A DNA stretch of 64,000 nucleotides from Lama guanicoe (Eukaryota). The position numbers were made by a program, and so were the translations under genes. The notes beneath the pieces were generated by a model, which was not told where the DNA came from, made no database searches, and worked only from the letters and a program-made list of their open reading frames with translations. Below, in pieces: positions 12,385-23,750 of the stretch; position 1 is the stretch's first letter; every line of letters starts with the position of its first letter. Where the stretch lies: NCBI GenBank assembly GCA_013239625.1, contig MU053802.1, positions 17,363 through 81,362 of the forward strand, written 5' to 3'.

Positions 12385-12880
12385 TTGTTTGTTTTTTGGT
12401 TTTATTTCCACAGGAAGAGCTAAGGATCTCCCTCTGGCTCTGGTTTCACACTTAGAATAGCCATGCCTTCCCCGAAATTATGCACATAGTTATAAAAAGT
12501 CTTCATTTAGTATGTCTCATCTATAATCCATGTGGATTTTCCTCTGAAAATACAAAAATGCTAATTCATGTAAAAACAAAAAAATTCACCCGTTTCGGCT
12601 TAAGATATGTGGGCAGAAAGAAAAAAGCCACCTTTTATTATTTCATTGATAGGGAACCTCGAGGATAGGTACAGACAAAGGGGATGAGGGCTTGTCATGG
12701 GCTGGGGGAGGGAGGACGTGGGGTGAGCTTTGGATACAAGCTTTTACTTTGAGGAAGGAAATAGTCTAAAACCAGACAGAGGTGCTGATCTCACAGCATT
12801 GTGAATGCACTTAATGCTCCTAAACTGCACAACTTAAAATGGGAAAAGGCTAAACTTAATTCTTGTAGACTTAAAGCATA
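12385..12880 (+). repeat. Local paralogous block, copy B
   Basis: Diverged colinear copy of 8620-9145; ends where an LTR fragment begins. Confidence 0.85.
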
Positions 12881-12893
12881 AAAATAGATGGTA

Positions 12894-13150
12894 CATAATA
12901 GAAAAGAACAAGTCTGACTCCATATTAGATCTCTTCCTGTGGCTTTAACCCTGTGCCCTGTTTTCTAGGCTTAGTCTTGTCTGTCTGGTAAACAGGAGAG
13001 CCCATTCTCAAGGCTCTGATCTTTAAGCAGATTAACACTTTTGCACTGATACAAGACAGCAAGTTGCCAAATAGAAAGTAGTTTGTTTTGTTAGAGGTTT
13101 TACAGGGGCACCATGACTTGACCCACGTGGACTGCTGTAGACCAAGAACA
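12894..13150 (+). mobile_element. Truncated ERV-type LTR fragment (copy 1)
   Basis: Begins 'taatagaaaagaacaagtctgactccatattagatct'; homologous to the reverse complement of 13280-13564. Strand is inferred. Confidence 0.7.
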
Positions 13151-13169
13151 TGGCCGACTAATGTCCTGG

Positions 13170-13564
13170 AGAACCATCTTCCCCAAGTCAGACTTTAGGT
13201 TCCTTTTCTACTAAAAAGGTGAGGGGCTGTGGTTGATTGTTGCAAACTTCTTAGTGCAGGAATTCTTTGTTTTTGGAATCCTTTGCAGCTGTCCATGTGG
13301 GTCAGGTTATGGTGCCCCTTTAAATCCCCCAATAAAACAAAGGTTATTCCCTATTCTGCAACTTGTTATCTTTATAGGAGTGCAAAAGTGTTCATATCCT
13401 TAAAGGTCAGAGCCTTGAGAATAGGCTCTCCTGTTTATTTCAGGCTAAATGCAACATTGTTTTACAAAAGCTGCAGAGCTAGTGAGACTAAGCCTAGAAA
13501 ACAGGGCACAGGGTAGAAGGAAAAGGAATAGATTTAGTAGTCAGATTTGTTTTTTTCTACTACA
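13170..13564 (-). mobile_element. Truncated ERV-type LTR fragment (copy 2, inverted)
   Basis: Ends '...ttctactaca' (TG terminus on minus); shares 'ccctgtgccctgttttctaggcttagtct', 'taaacaggagagcc' and 'ttctcaaggctctga' with copy 1 in opposite orientation. Confidence 0.75.
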
Positions 13565-14975
13565 GTGCCTTTTGGTGAGAGGTAAGAGGTTGTTTCCAGG
13601 TGGGTCCTTCTCTGCCCAGGCTGGGGTTCAGGCAGGAGCCCTGCCAGGTTCACCATGACTGTGGACCTGATCTCCCGCAGAGAAAGTAACAATTATCAGT
13701 GATTAAAATTACCTGTCAAAGTCCCTTCAGTTGCCTGTAAACTATATGGTGGGGGCAGAGGCGGACAGGGGACTTCTCATTGGCCCGTCAACAGTCTCCC
13801 CAGTGCAAGGGACCAGCGTCATGGCTAGTTCTAAGGCGGCCTGGCTAGTGCAGCTGCCTGCTTGGCTCTTCAGCCTTGGGATCCTAACAAGGACACTTTC
13901 AAATCTCCTGTCCCTTTTCCCTCTGCCCCGGCGTGAATGAATGTGGTCCCTGCAACCACCTGGGCTGAGCCCAGGCCACGCACATAGCCCAATTCACACA
14001 GCCCACTGCCTACTGTCCATCTCCGGGCTCAGCTGCACCCTTACCCCCTCACACGTTCCTGTGCCTCCAGTCTCAGGGTCCGGATTACCATCTGGGCCAT
14101 CAACCACCCAAGGCCCACAGGCCAGTGGCAGGCAGCCCGGGACCACCCTGACCCCCAGGCTCGGATGAGGCACAGGGTGTGTGGGGGTTAGAGTGCCTTA
14201 GCTAGAATTGGAACTGCCTCCAGCCTGGCCTGCTGCACCCTGTAGCTTCAGACTATGCTGTGCACACTAGGCCAGAGCCCCTCTGGTGGCAGTCACCATG
14301 GTTACCAGAGCCCGGACTTCCTCGCCCCACCCGTGGGTTAAGGGGTGAGAGTGTCAGCTCCAGGTAGGGGTGCACTCTGAGTGAGGGGGATCCCGCAGTT
14401 AGGATAGGCTGAGGGGTGAAGGGGACCATATCAGAACTTTGGGGGGTCCTGCGGTGAGGCATGAGGAGTATGCTTGGGCTGTGAGGGCCAAAGGTTAGTA
14501 CCAGCGGGGTGGAGTGTGGGAGCAGGGACCTCCTTGTGACAAGAAGCCCTGTCTTGGGGGTGCAGTCGGAGACTGGGCCTGGCCGGAGGTTGGGGGCAAG
14601 CAAGGGGAGTGGGGCTGGGGTGTGTGGCCTGGCCCAGGGCCGGTCGTGGTCCTGGTTGAGCCAGGACCTGGTCGATGATGGGGTGGGGTCACTGAGGATG
14701 TTGACCCAGCAGCCCGGGCAGAGGGATGGGCCCACTCTACTGCCCTGGCCTGCCCCGGCTGTCTGGGCCCCACTCACAGAGAACCAGACAGTGGGAGCCC
14801 CACCCCGAGCGTCCGCACTGCAGGCCTGAGGAGGAGGGGTGCGGACACACAGATGTCGGACCCCGCCTGGCCTGTGTGGAAGCTGGACGGGAGCCGGGTA
14901 CTCCTGGACCAGCTCCTGAGGAGGAAAGCGGCTTGGGGTCTGGGCCGCTGCTTGCCATCGCCTCCACTGCCATTG

Positions 14976-15065
14976 CTGGGCAGGTAAGGGGGTGCTGGTG
15001 GGGGCGTGTAGGTCAGGGAGCTGGGCAGGTAAGGGGGCGCTGGTGGGGGCATGTAGGTCAGGGAG
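14976..15065. repeat. 45-bp tandem duplication (2 copies plus degenerate partial third)
   Basis: ctgggcaggtaaggggg(t/c)gctggtgggggc(g/a)tgtaggtcagggag at 14976-15020 and 15021-15065; two mismatches. Confidence 0.95.
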
Positions 15066-15329
15066 CCGGCAGGTGAGGCCTGGGCTGCACAGCTGGGGAG
15101 GCGCACAGGGAGGGGTGCGTGGGTGAGGCCCAGCCATGCTGCCCATTAGGACCCTGAGGCGGGTGCGGGCCGCCACTATAGTTCATGGTGCCTTCATCCG
15201 GTTAGTAGTCCCTGAACCCTGTTTCTTTGCTGCCGCTTGTACCCGGGTTTGGGTAAGCGGGTGCAGCCCCGGGAGGTGGGAGGGCACTAGAAGGCCCTGG
15301 AGCACTTCCCTCTGGCCCTCAGATCATGG

Positions 15330-16180
15330 CTTGCTCGTGGGAGGCAGGTGCGGGGTTGTCAGGGGGCAGGGGTGGCAGTATCCTGGCAGCAGCAGGGAGA
15401 GGGGTCTGCTGCTGGGAGCTGTCGAGTTGCTCCCATCTACCCCACAGCCTGTCCTGGGGGCGACCTCTAAAGCCCCAGGTTTGCAGGACTCAGGTTACAG
15501 GTCAGTCTGCTTTTGGGAGGAGGGCGCGGTGCAGTGAGTGTGCTAGGGTGTCGGTAGCGACAGCGGAAAGTGGCAGCAAATCCCCGTGCTTGCACAGGGC
15601 AGCCCCAGTCCCACCATCGCCTCCTCCATCCCCTGATAGCACAGCTGCTGCTTTCCAGGAGCAGGCTGACCTGTAAACTGAGTCCCGCGATCCTGGGTTA
15701 TCAGAGGCCGAGTCCAGGACAGGCCGCAGGGGAGTTTGAAGCAAATCCATAGACTTGCATTGGCAGACCCCTAAACCCCCGGTTGCTTCTGCTGCCTGTG
15801 ACCACACCGGGCCCGCCTCCTGGGAGCATGCTGACCTGGGGACATGCCTGGGACAGTAGAGGCTGCCTCCAGGCCATGCCGTGGGGAAGATGGGGACAAA
15901 GAGACCAGTTTTCCAAGGGCAACGCCCCTCTCCCCGCCAGAGCCCCAAGTTCGTGGGACACTTTTCCAGGTCAGTTGGCTCCGGAAGGCAGGTGCGGTTG
16001 CGGTTAGAGGGCTGCGGGGGGAGGGGTGCTGCCCCTCCTCCAGGTGGCAAGTGGACTTGCTTCCATCTCCCAGGGGCCTGTCCTGGTGGCGGCCTCTGCT
16101 GCCCCAGGTTCACAGGAAGCATGTGTTCATGTCATCCTGCTCCTAGGAGGAGGGTGCAGTGTGGTCAGGAGGCAGCGTCA
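15330..16180. repeat. Diverged monomers of the GC-rich ~160-180-bp satellite unit, mixed orientation (- + + -)
   Basis: Core 'ccaggagcaggctgac...cctgggg..gcagaggccg..cccaggacaggcc...gagatgggagcaaa' occurs reversed at ~15425-15515 and ~16055-16150 and forward at ~15655-15750 and ~15820-15905; same core as in 58.3-62.4 kb. Confidence 0.75.
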
Positions 16181-16289
16181 GCAGCAGGAAAGGACTTTAG
16201 GAGGGCCGGGCTCTAGCCCAGGGTAAATCGCTCTCCTTCTTTCTTCTTTTGCTTCCTCAGTTGGTGGCTGTAGTGGCTTTTCCAGAATA

Positions 16290-17270
16290 GGTTATTACCA
16301 GATTTTGAACATAGGTTTCTGTGGTATACAGAAGAAAGTTAAAAAAAAACTGTTGTATATTTAGTGGCTAATATTTGTAAACCTCAAACTCCCAGATTTA
16401 TCCCTTCCCACCCCATTTCCCTGGTAACCATAAGATTGTTAACCAAGTCTGCGAACCTGTTTCTGTTCTGTAGATGAGTTCATAGTGTCGTCCTTTTTTT
16501 TGATTGCACCTCTGAGTCATATCATTTGGTATTTTTCTCTTTCTGTCTCACTTCACTAAGAATGATGATCTCTAGGTCCATCCATATTGCTGCAAATAGC
16601 ATTCTTTTAACCTTTATAATGGCAGGGTAGTATTCCATTGTATAAATATACTAGTTCATCTTCACCCAGTCACCTGTTTCTTCATTTAATAGGTTGCTTT
16701 TTTGGCTATTATATAGAGTGGTGCTATGAATACTGGGGTGCAGGTACTTTTTTGCATTGGAGTTTCCTCTGAATATATACCCAGAAGTGGGATTGCTGGA
16801 TCATAGGTTAAGTCTATTTTTAGTTTTTTGAGGAAATCCTATACTGTTTTCCATAATGGCTACAGCAAACTACATTCCCACCAGCAGTGTAATAGAGTTC
16901 TCTTTTCTCCACACCCTCTTCAGCATTTATCATGCATGAACTTTGAAGTGACAGCCATTCTGACTGGTGTTTTGTAGTTTTGATTTCCATTTCTCTGGTT
17001 ATTAGTGATATTGAGCATTTTTACATGTGCCTATTGGCCATTTGTAGTCTTCATTGGAGAATTGCTTCTTTAGGTCTTCTGCCCATTGTTGGATTGGGTT
17101 TCTTGTTTTTTGTTATTAAATTTTATGAACTGTTCACATATTCTGGGAATTAAGTCTTTGTCAGTTGAATCATTTACAGATATTTTCTCCCACCATTCCG
17201 TAGATTGTTGTTTTGTTTTGCTTATGGTTTCCTTTGCTGTGCAGTTTCCTTTGCTATAAGTTTAATTAGC
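16290..17270 (-). mobile_element. LINE-1 3' portion (artiodactyl/camelid type)
   Basis: Antisense 3'UTR ('aaactcccagatttatcccttcccacccc...ggtaaccataag') followed by antisense ORF2 C-terminal motifs ('tatacccagaagtgggattgctggatcata'). Confidence 0.9.
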
Positions 17271-17279
17271 CTGTAAGTT

Positions 17280-17485
17280 TAACAGCTCATACATCTTAAT
17301 AACAAAAAACAAACAGCCCAATTCAAAATGGGCAAAGACATAAACAAGCAATTCTCCAGTGAAGACCTACAAATGGCCAATAGGCACATGAAAAAATTCT
17401 GTGTTGCTGATTATCAAGGAAATACAAGTTAAAACTAGATGAGGTATCATCTCACACCAGTTAGAATGGCCATCATGGAAAAGTC
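17280..17485 (+). mobile_element. LINE-1 ORF2 fragment, inverted relative to its neighbour
   Basis: 'caaatggccaataggcacatgaaaa' and 'catctcacaccagttagaatggccatcat' match the reverse complement of the L1 part at ~16945-17135. Confidence 0.85.
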
Positions 17486-17949
17486 ATTGCATATGTCATT
17501 CAAAAGTCGTAGCACACATCATTAATTATGTGGGCTTTTTCTGCTAGTCACATTCGAGTTTAAATTCCAACCCAGCTACTGGCTGTAAAAAGCCAGGGAA
17601 TTGTGTCCAGTGAATACATATCTGTATTTGTCATTTTCCCTCATCAGGGTGGTTTCTCTTTCATATACGAAATGATAAGCATGTAATTTACATTGATTTT
17701 TATGCATACATTCACATATAATAGCCACAAAATACAAGGCCACTTAAAAAAAGATACTCCTTTTTTCTTACTGTAGAATGTGTTCAAACCTTTAGCAGCA
17801 GATTCAGCAATTAAAGGGTTAACAGTATAGCTGCCACCACTCCCTGTCCTGGAGCCTCACAGGGACACTTCGAGGCTGAAGAAAAGACTTTTTCCTTCAG
17901 TTTATCTAAAGCTTTTCTTCAGTCCTGGGATTGTTTTAATATATAATTT

Positions 17950-18027
17950 ATTCATTTTTTAATGGAGGTACTGGGGATTGAACCCAGGACCTCATGCGCA
18001 CGCTGTGCCACTGAGCAACACTCTCCC
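17950..18027 (-). mobile_element. tRNA-derived SINE (Vic-1-like)
   Basis: 'ttttaatggaggtactggggattgaacccaggacctc...ccactgagcaacactctccc'; pol III A/B boxes on minus strand. Confidence 0.85.
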
Positions 18028-18444
18028 TGGCCAGGCCTGGAATTGAATAACCTTCACTTCTCCCTCCTGGAGGAGAGAGGGACACAAACTTCAACATTTT
18101 TGACCCACCCACGTCCGTCTTTGGAAACGTTGGGGCACTTTTTCCTCCCACCTGGGTGGAGAAGGAAGACCATGGGGTCACCAGGCGTGGGCTTTCCCCT
18201 CACTGAGGCCAGCAGGCCAACTCCTGGGGTTGCATTTGCTGCTTTCAAATGCATTGGTGCATTTTACTTCTCCCACCTGACAGCTTAGCTTCCATTTTAT
18301 ACCGTGGGTGATTGCGTGGCTACCAGGGACCAGATTCATCGTGTCCCACCCTTCATTCTTCCTTTTACTGAACAAGGCTTTTGTGATACTTGTCTGAATC
18401 AGGGCTGTTCTAGAGAATCCCAGCGCTGCCCTCCCTGTTCCTGA

Positions 18445-18965
18445 GAGCACTCCCAGGTTCAGTGATTCACTAACAAGCCTCACAGGGCTCTAGATGTGTT
18501 CATCCTCAGGGCTGAGATTTAGTATAGTGAAAGAGAAGAAAGGAAAATCAGCAAAGGGAGAAGGCATGTGGGCCACGTCTGGGAGAAACCAGACGGATGT
18601 CCTCTCCCAGGGGAGATGGCACAGGATGCCCTTCGTCTCCCCAGCAAGGCACTGTGACCACATATGTGAAGTGTCATCTTCACGGGCAACGTGGGGAGAC
18701 TCGGTGCCCTGAGCTTTCAGTGAGGCAGGTCGTGTAGGCACGTCTGCCTGGTGCTCAGGTGAGTTCCAGGCCCCCGGAAGGAAGCCTGGAACCATGTGGT
18801 CTGTGCAGACAGTTGAGGCCCAGGGATGCATTCTTGGCAGTTAGGGGATGGTCGGAACCCTCGCAAAATCCAGGTTATTGGAGGCCAGCGGAGGGCAGCC
18901 TTGCAAGCAGGCCTTTCCAAGGACAGCAGTCTTGGGCCTGCTTTGTTAGCTTGTCTGTTTCCAGT
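18445..18965 (-). mobile_element. MER21-like LTR remnant
   Basis: Recalled MER21 motifs 'cccaggttcagtgattcact', 'aaaatcagcaaagggagaagg', 'ccttgcaagcaggcctttccaaggacagcagtct'. Confidence 0.75.
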
Positions 18966-19084
18966 ACCGTAATTAAAGCTGGTTCATGTCTCACTGTCAG
19001 ACAGTTAGATGGTTATCTTTTTTCTATTGTAATAAAATTATATGATGCATGTTTTTCTTTTTTTCAAATATTGTATTTGTTCGT

Positions 19085-19240
19085 TTGTTTTTTTTAATTT
19101 ATTTATCTATCTATATCTACTTATTGTTTTTTGCAGGGGGGCAATTAGGCTTCTTTATTTTAATGGCGGTACCAGGGGTTGTTGAACCCGTTACCTCCTG
19201 TGTGCTAAGTGTGTACTCTGCCGCTGAGCTAACCTCCCCC
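19085..19240 (-). mobile_element. tRNA-derived SINE (Vic-1-like, long form)
   Basis: T-rich tail, 'aattagg' linker, 'gaacccg...gtgctaag...ctgagcta.cctccccc'. Confidence 0.8.
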
Positions 19241-19575
19241 TCAATGCATGTCTTTCTAACTTAGAGCATTTTGGGTTTTTTGGAGCAGGTTGTAATCCCT
19301 AGAAAGAGAGTAAATGTCTTTTCTGAGTAGTTTTTTCATCTTTTACAACTTCTGATACACATTTAGATATTTTGTCCTCCCCTTGCCTTTTCCAAAATTT
19401 AATTCTCATCAGTAAGTTTTTCATAGTATTTGTTGTACTGATTAAACAAAAATACACTATTGAGTCTTTAAAGTTACTATTTTCATTAATACTTAATAAT
19501 TATTTTAAACATATATTAAGATTGGGAAATTGTGACTCTTGATTGGCTCAGCTGCTGTTTTTGGTGCTGTGATAG

Positions 19576-19763
19576 GCCCCAGCTGTGATAATGTTGAAGC
19601 AGCCATGAACAAGTCTGCCCGAGGAGCTCCCGCTACAGTTCTGGGAGAGACTCAGAAGGAAACAGCCCCGGTGCAGCTCCCGGTTTCTGGCCTGGAGCTG
19701 GCTGCCGTGATGAAGATGGGAACCAGGGTCATGAGAGGCGTGGACTGGAAATGGGGTGATCAG
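19576..19763 (+). pseudogene. HERC2: HERC2-like exon (start of MIB/HERC2 domain)
   Basis: [16 protein letters not shown]...[17 protein letters not shown]; donor is AT instead of GT. Confidence 0.92.
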
Positions 19764-20871
19764 ATGCTTAGAGATTTGACCCAAACACATGAGCCACTTG
19801 TTAGTCATATTCTGCGCATCCTGGGGGGTGGAACCTGGAGTCAGTACCTACCTTCTCTCAGGATGTTTGTGACTGACCCATGACAAAGTACCGACTCCAA
19901 GGCAGGTGACTAGAGGCTCCAAACGAGGGAGCAGCAGCGGCCTGTCGTGGGGCCCCGATCAGGATCAGGTCTGTGAGGAGTGGGGACTGTTTTCAGAGAA
20001 CTCCTGGCGTGGGCTCAACTAGGGGTGCAGCCCGAAACGAGAGAGTGAGCAGGAGAGAGCGCACCTCATCCGAATAATCGGGTCGAGAAACTCTGGTGTG
20101 GCCTCTACGAGCTGATGGCCACGTGCCTGTCAGCACCCCGGCTGGGCAGCAGCAGGCGCTGGCTTGGGGGTGCCCACCTTTTGTCTTCTACCCCAAGCTC
20201 CTTCCTCCCACATCTCTGCAGGGTCACCCCAGGTGGAGGTCAAGGGCCGGGCTCTGCACCACTGCCCTGGCCACTTGCGCAGGACTGCGTTCACCCTCCT
20301 ATGATGTGGAGCTGCCTTCTCATGTCCTGGTGTTCTCAGCCTCACTCTTAAGCACGCGCCTCCTGAGAATCATCTCAGAATCGGTGTCAACAGGCAGCAT
20401 TATCCTAAAAACAGCTTTTACTCATAGAAATGGGAGGTGATGTTTCACTTTAGGGTCAGAGAAAAACTGAATGAGCAGGAATGAGGCAGTGCTGGTGCTT
20501 GTTTGAGGTTCTGACCTCGTGAAGCCCCAAGAGGGATCTAGGGGCCAAAGAGCAGTGTGGCAGGACCAGGCTGAAAAGTCTTATCTCCGCATTGGCTTAG
20601 GATGCTGACAGAGGTGACACCTTCCCAGATACCTCTTCGGTAAAGGAGCACGGGCAAGCTAGCCCCAGTGTTCACTGTGCAGTGATGGCATTCGCTGTGC
20701 AGTGATGGTGTGAGCTGCGTGGTGACGGTGTGAGCCGTGCGTGTTGTAGCGGGTCTGGAGCCCTCTACAGACACGCAGCCTGTGCCAATGCTGCAGCCAC
20801 CTTTACAGGCCGTATTCATGTGACAGACGGGTCCGCACCCTCTTAACCAGTCTCTGTTTCGGCTTCCCCAG

Positions 20872-21064
20872 GACAGACCTCCTCCTGGCCTTGGCTGTGT
20901 GATCCATGAACTTGGAGAGGATGGGTGGATCATGGTCCAGAGGGACATGGGCAACACCAACTCATGCAGGATGGGAAAGGAGGGGAAGTATTACCTGAAG
21001 TTGGCGGAGCTGCTGGCCTCCACGCAGCCCTCCGCAGAGGACTCGGACACAGAAGATGACTCCG
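20872..21064 (+). pseudogene. HERC2: HERC2-like exon (rest of MIB/HERC2 domain)
   Basis: DRPPPGLGCVIHELGEDGWI...RMGKEGKYYLKLAEL...EDSDTEDDS; AG/GT intact. Confidence 0.93.
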
Positions 21065-22334
21065 GTGGGTGCCATGGGGCCTGGCAAGCTGTGGGCACGT
21101 GCTGGCCGGCCATTATTTCATCTGGGAGTGAGAGCAGCTCTGTAGACCAGGCTTCCCCGGAAGGTCAGTTTTAAACCGGCCCCTGGTGATTCTGTTGGAT
21201 TTGATTCCTGTTTTCCTTGGAGACAGTGTGGTGGGAGGGAGAGGGCAGGGCTGGCTGTGTCCTCACCGCTGGTGGGCTTTCTGGGGGCCCTGAGCTGGTG
21301 TCTGAGGTAGTGAGCCAGTGCCTGGAGGAGTGGGTGTTACCCTGCCACGCCAGAGCACACCTTTTTCCTTCTGTCACCTTACCCACCAAGGTCCCGCTGT
21401 CAGGCATGTAGTGTCGAGTAGTAAGTCAGTACTTTACTACCTGAGGGAAAGTTGAGGTGGGAGTTTAGCGTGACCGCAAGGTTAAGGAGATGCAGGGTGT
21501 GGGAGGAGGGCTTCAGGACTTTTTCAGACCTTGGGATGTTGAGATCTTGGTTAGACCGTCCAGGAGGCCAGCGATTTTTCTTGGGGCTCCAATGTCAGCT
21601 GTATGCACAGCACGGGCAGGCTTCAGAAGTCACTTTTATGGTTAGGAGAGGAAACCTGAGAGGCTGAGCTCATGAGAGAAAATGGTGTGGAAGGTGTCAG
21701 AGGCAGTGCTCCGTGCCCCTTGTGCGTGCCACTCCGCGCATCAGATGTACACGGATGACGTCTGCCCTTGGCAGGTTAGGAGTAGTGTGTGTGATGCCGC
21801 GTGGCCCTGCCTGGGTCAGTGCGGGTTATGTTATCATTGCATCTGACAGTGTCCTGGTCAAGTGCGCCTCCTCCCAGCTCTCTGCCAGGGGGCTTCACTT
21901 AGGAAGTTGGCCTGAGCAGGGCTGGCCAAGTGACAGGAAGGTGGCCTGGACATGTGTGCCCCTAGCTCTGTGTCCATGGAGGCAGCCACCTCATCTTCAT
22001 CCTGTGCATAGCCAGCTCATTAACAACCACAGCTTTTGACATTTGATGAGCTATTTTTCTGAGAAGTGAGTTTTTATAATTGTTTTAGTTCTTCTGAGCT
22101 GTATGCTGAGATTGCTTTAAAAAAATATTTAAAAGGCTTGATTCCTTTGAAGGAGGTAGGGATGGAGCTGAATAGGGTGTTTATTTAGTGGACCTTGAAT
22201 TTCATCTTCAAATATAAAGAGCTGCTTCCCTTTCCAAAGAAAAGAAGAATGTGAAGTCAAATCCCTTAAGTTACATGTGGAGATGCTTTCCCATTTATAT
22301 GGGAGTGTAGTTTCTAATTTTGATTTCTTTTCAG

Positions 22335-22508
22335 AAGCTTTAACAAATTGAAGGGAACATTCACCCCACTGCAATGATGCTCACCAGCGCTGTTAATTTA
22401 CTGCAAACTCTGCTGGAGCCCACGCTGAAGTCATGCAGAACGAAGCCACCAAGACTCTGCGTGGACTGCTGCACACGTTGGTGGAGAGGGCAACGATGGA
22501 CAAGACAT
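22335..22508 (+). pseudogene. HERC2: HERC2-like exon, frameshifted
   Basis: NIHPTAMMLTSAVNLLQTL, then in another frame AHAEVMQNEATKTLRGLLHTLVE..DKT. Confidence 0.9.
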
Positions 22509-22589
22509 GTATGCAGGGAGTGCTGTGGGCCACAGAGTCAGAACCGGGCTGTGAGGCTGTCATGTGCGAGTGGGTGCGTGTGTCCGTAT

Positions 22590-22832
22590 CCTCCCAGGCT
22601 TCCACGGCTTGTGGCCACAGCATTCCAGTGTCTGCCTCATGTTTGCTTGGATGCCTCCCCTGTCCTTTGCCTCTTCTAAGGGCTTTCATTGGATTTAGGG
22701 TTCATCCTAATGCAGTATAATGTCATCTCAGTCCTTACCTTCGTTATACATGTGAAGGGTTCATTTTCAAATAAGGTCACAGCTGAGGTTTTGGGTGAAG
22801 ATGACTCTGGGGGGATACAGTTCAACCCACTA
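22590..22832 (-). mobile_element. MaLR (MLT1-like) LTR fragment
   Basis: 'cattggatttaggg', 'aaataaggtcaca', 'gggggatacagttcaacccacta'. Confidence 0.75.
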
Positions 22833-22839
22833 AAGTGTT

Positions 22840-23125
22840 TGAGTATGTGGATGTGAGGGTGTTAAGTGTGGAGAGGTTGAAGTGAGTGCAGCGAATGTGT
22901 GTGTGTGTGTTTGTGCAGGCTTGAGTGCATATGTAAGTTTGTACATGTGAGTGTGAGTTTGTCTATGAGAGTGAGACTGAGTATGGGTGTGAATGTGAAG
23001 TGAACAAGTGAATGTGTGTGAGTAACTGGGTGTGTGAATGACTGAGCAGGCATATGTGTGATTGTGGTGGGGTGTGAGTGTCTGTGCATGTGTCTGGGTT
23101 AGAGTGAGTGTGAGAGTGAGCATGG
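22840..23125. repeat. Degenerate (TG/GTGA)n tract
   Basis: Visible directly. Confidence 0.9.
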
Positions 23126-23609
23126 GTCTGAAGGGCAGTTTCCCTGGAAGCTGGGAGAGCAGGAGGGCTGGGCCATGGCAGCTGGGGAAGAGCGGCTGGT
23201 CCAGGGGTCTGAGCAGGTCATGGGATGCTGCCCTGCCCCAGGGTCACTGCCAGCCAGGAGGGAGCAGAAGCCCCGGGTGCCCGAGTGGGGCCCCGGGAGG
23301 AGCAGACAGGGTCATGGTCAGGTCAGAGTCAAGTTTGATAAACCTCATGGAAACCTGTTACTCTCATTCTGCTTTGCAGACTTCTTAGCCTTGGCCTGGG
23401 AATTTAGGACACAGATTAAATATGAATGAGCTCATGGAGGATGTTTAAAACGTGAGATTTCAAACCAGTAGGAAGTTTCCTCACAGAGAACTGCTGTTGG
23501 AATTGTGAGTTGTCTCCCTACTGCACAGGAAGGGTGAGTGGATGAAATTCCTTAAAGAATTTGAGTTACTACACATGCTTTAGAGATTTTTAACATGTAA
23601 AGTGTCCCT

Positions 23610-23750
23610 TGGGAGGGTAGAGCTCAGTGGTAGAGTGGGTGCCTAGCATGCACAAAGTCCAGGGTTTAATCCCCAGTGCCTTCATATTTTTATTTTATAT
23701 ATCAACGTAATTACTTCCCCTCACACAAAAAAACAAAAAGACAAAAGAAA
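23610..23750 (+). mobile_element. tRNA-derived SINE (Vic-1-like)
   Basis: 'gggagggtagagctcagtggtagagtgggtgcctagcatgcacaaagtccagggtttaatccccagt' plus A-rich tail. Confidence 0.88.

Noticed and set aside
14253..15176. 307-aa minus-strand ORF as a gene, or a gag late-domain remnant (PPxY-like)
   Set aside because: Non-ATG start, GC-rich low complexity inflated by a tandem repeat, and no capsid, zinc-knuckle or pol motifs nearby.
23610..23685. tRNA gene
   Set aside because: The tRNA-like head continues into an A-rich tail and recurs as diverged dispersed copies, so it is a SINE.
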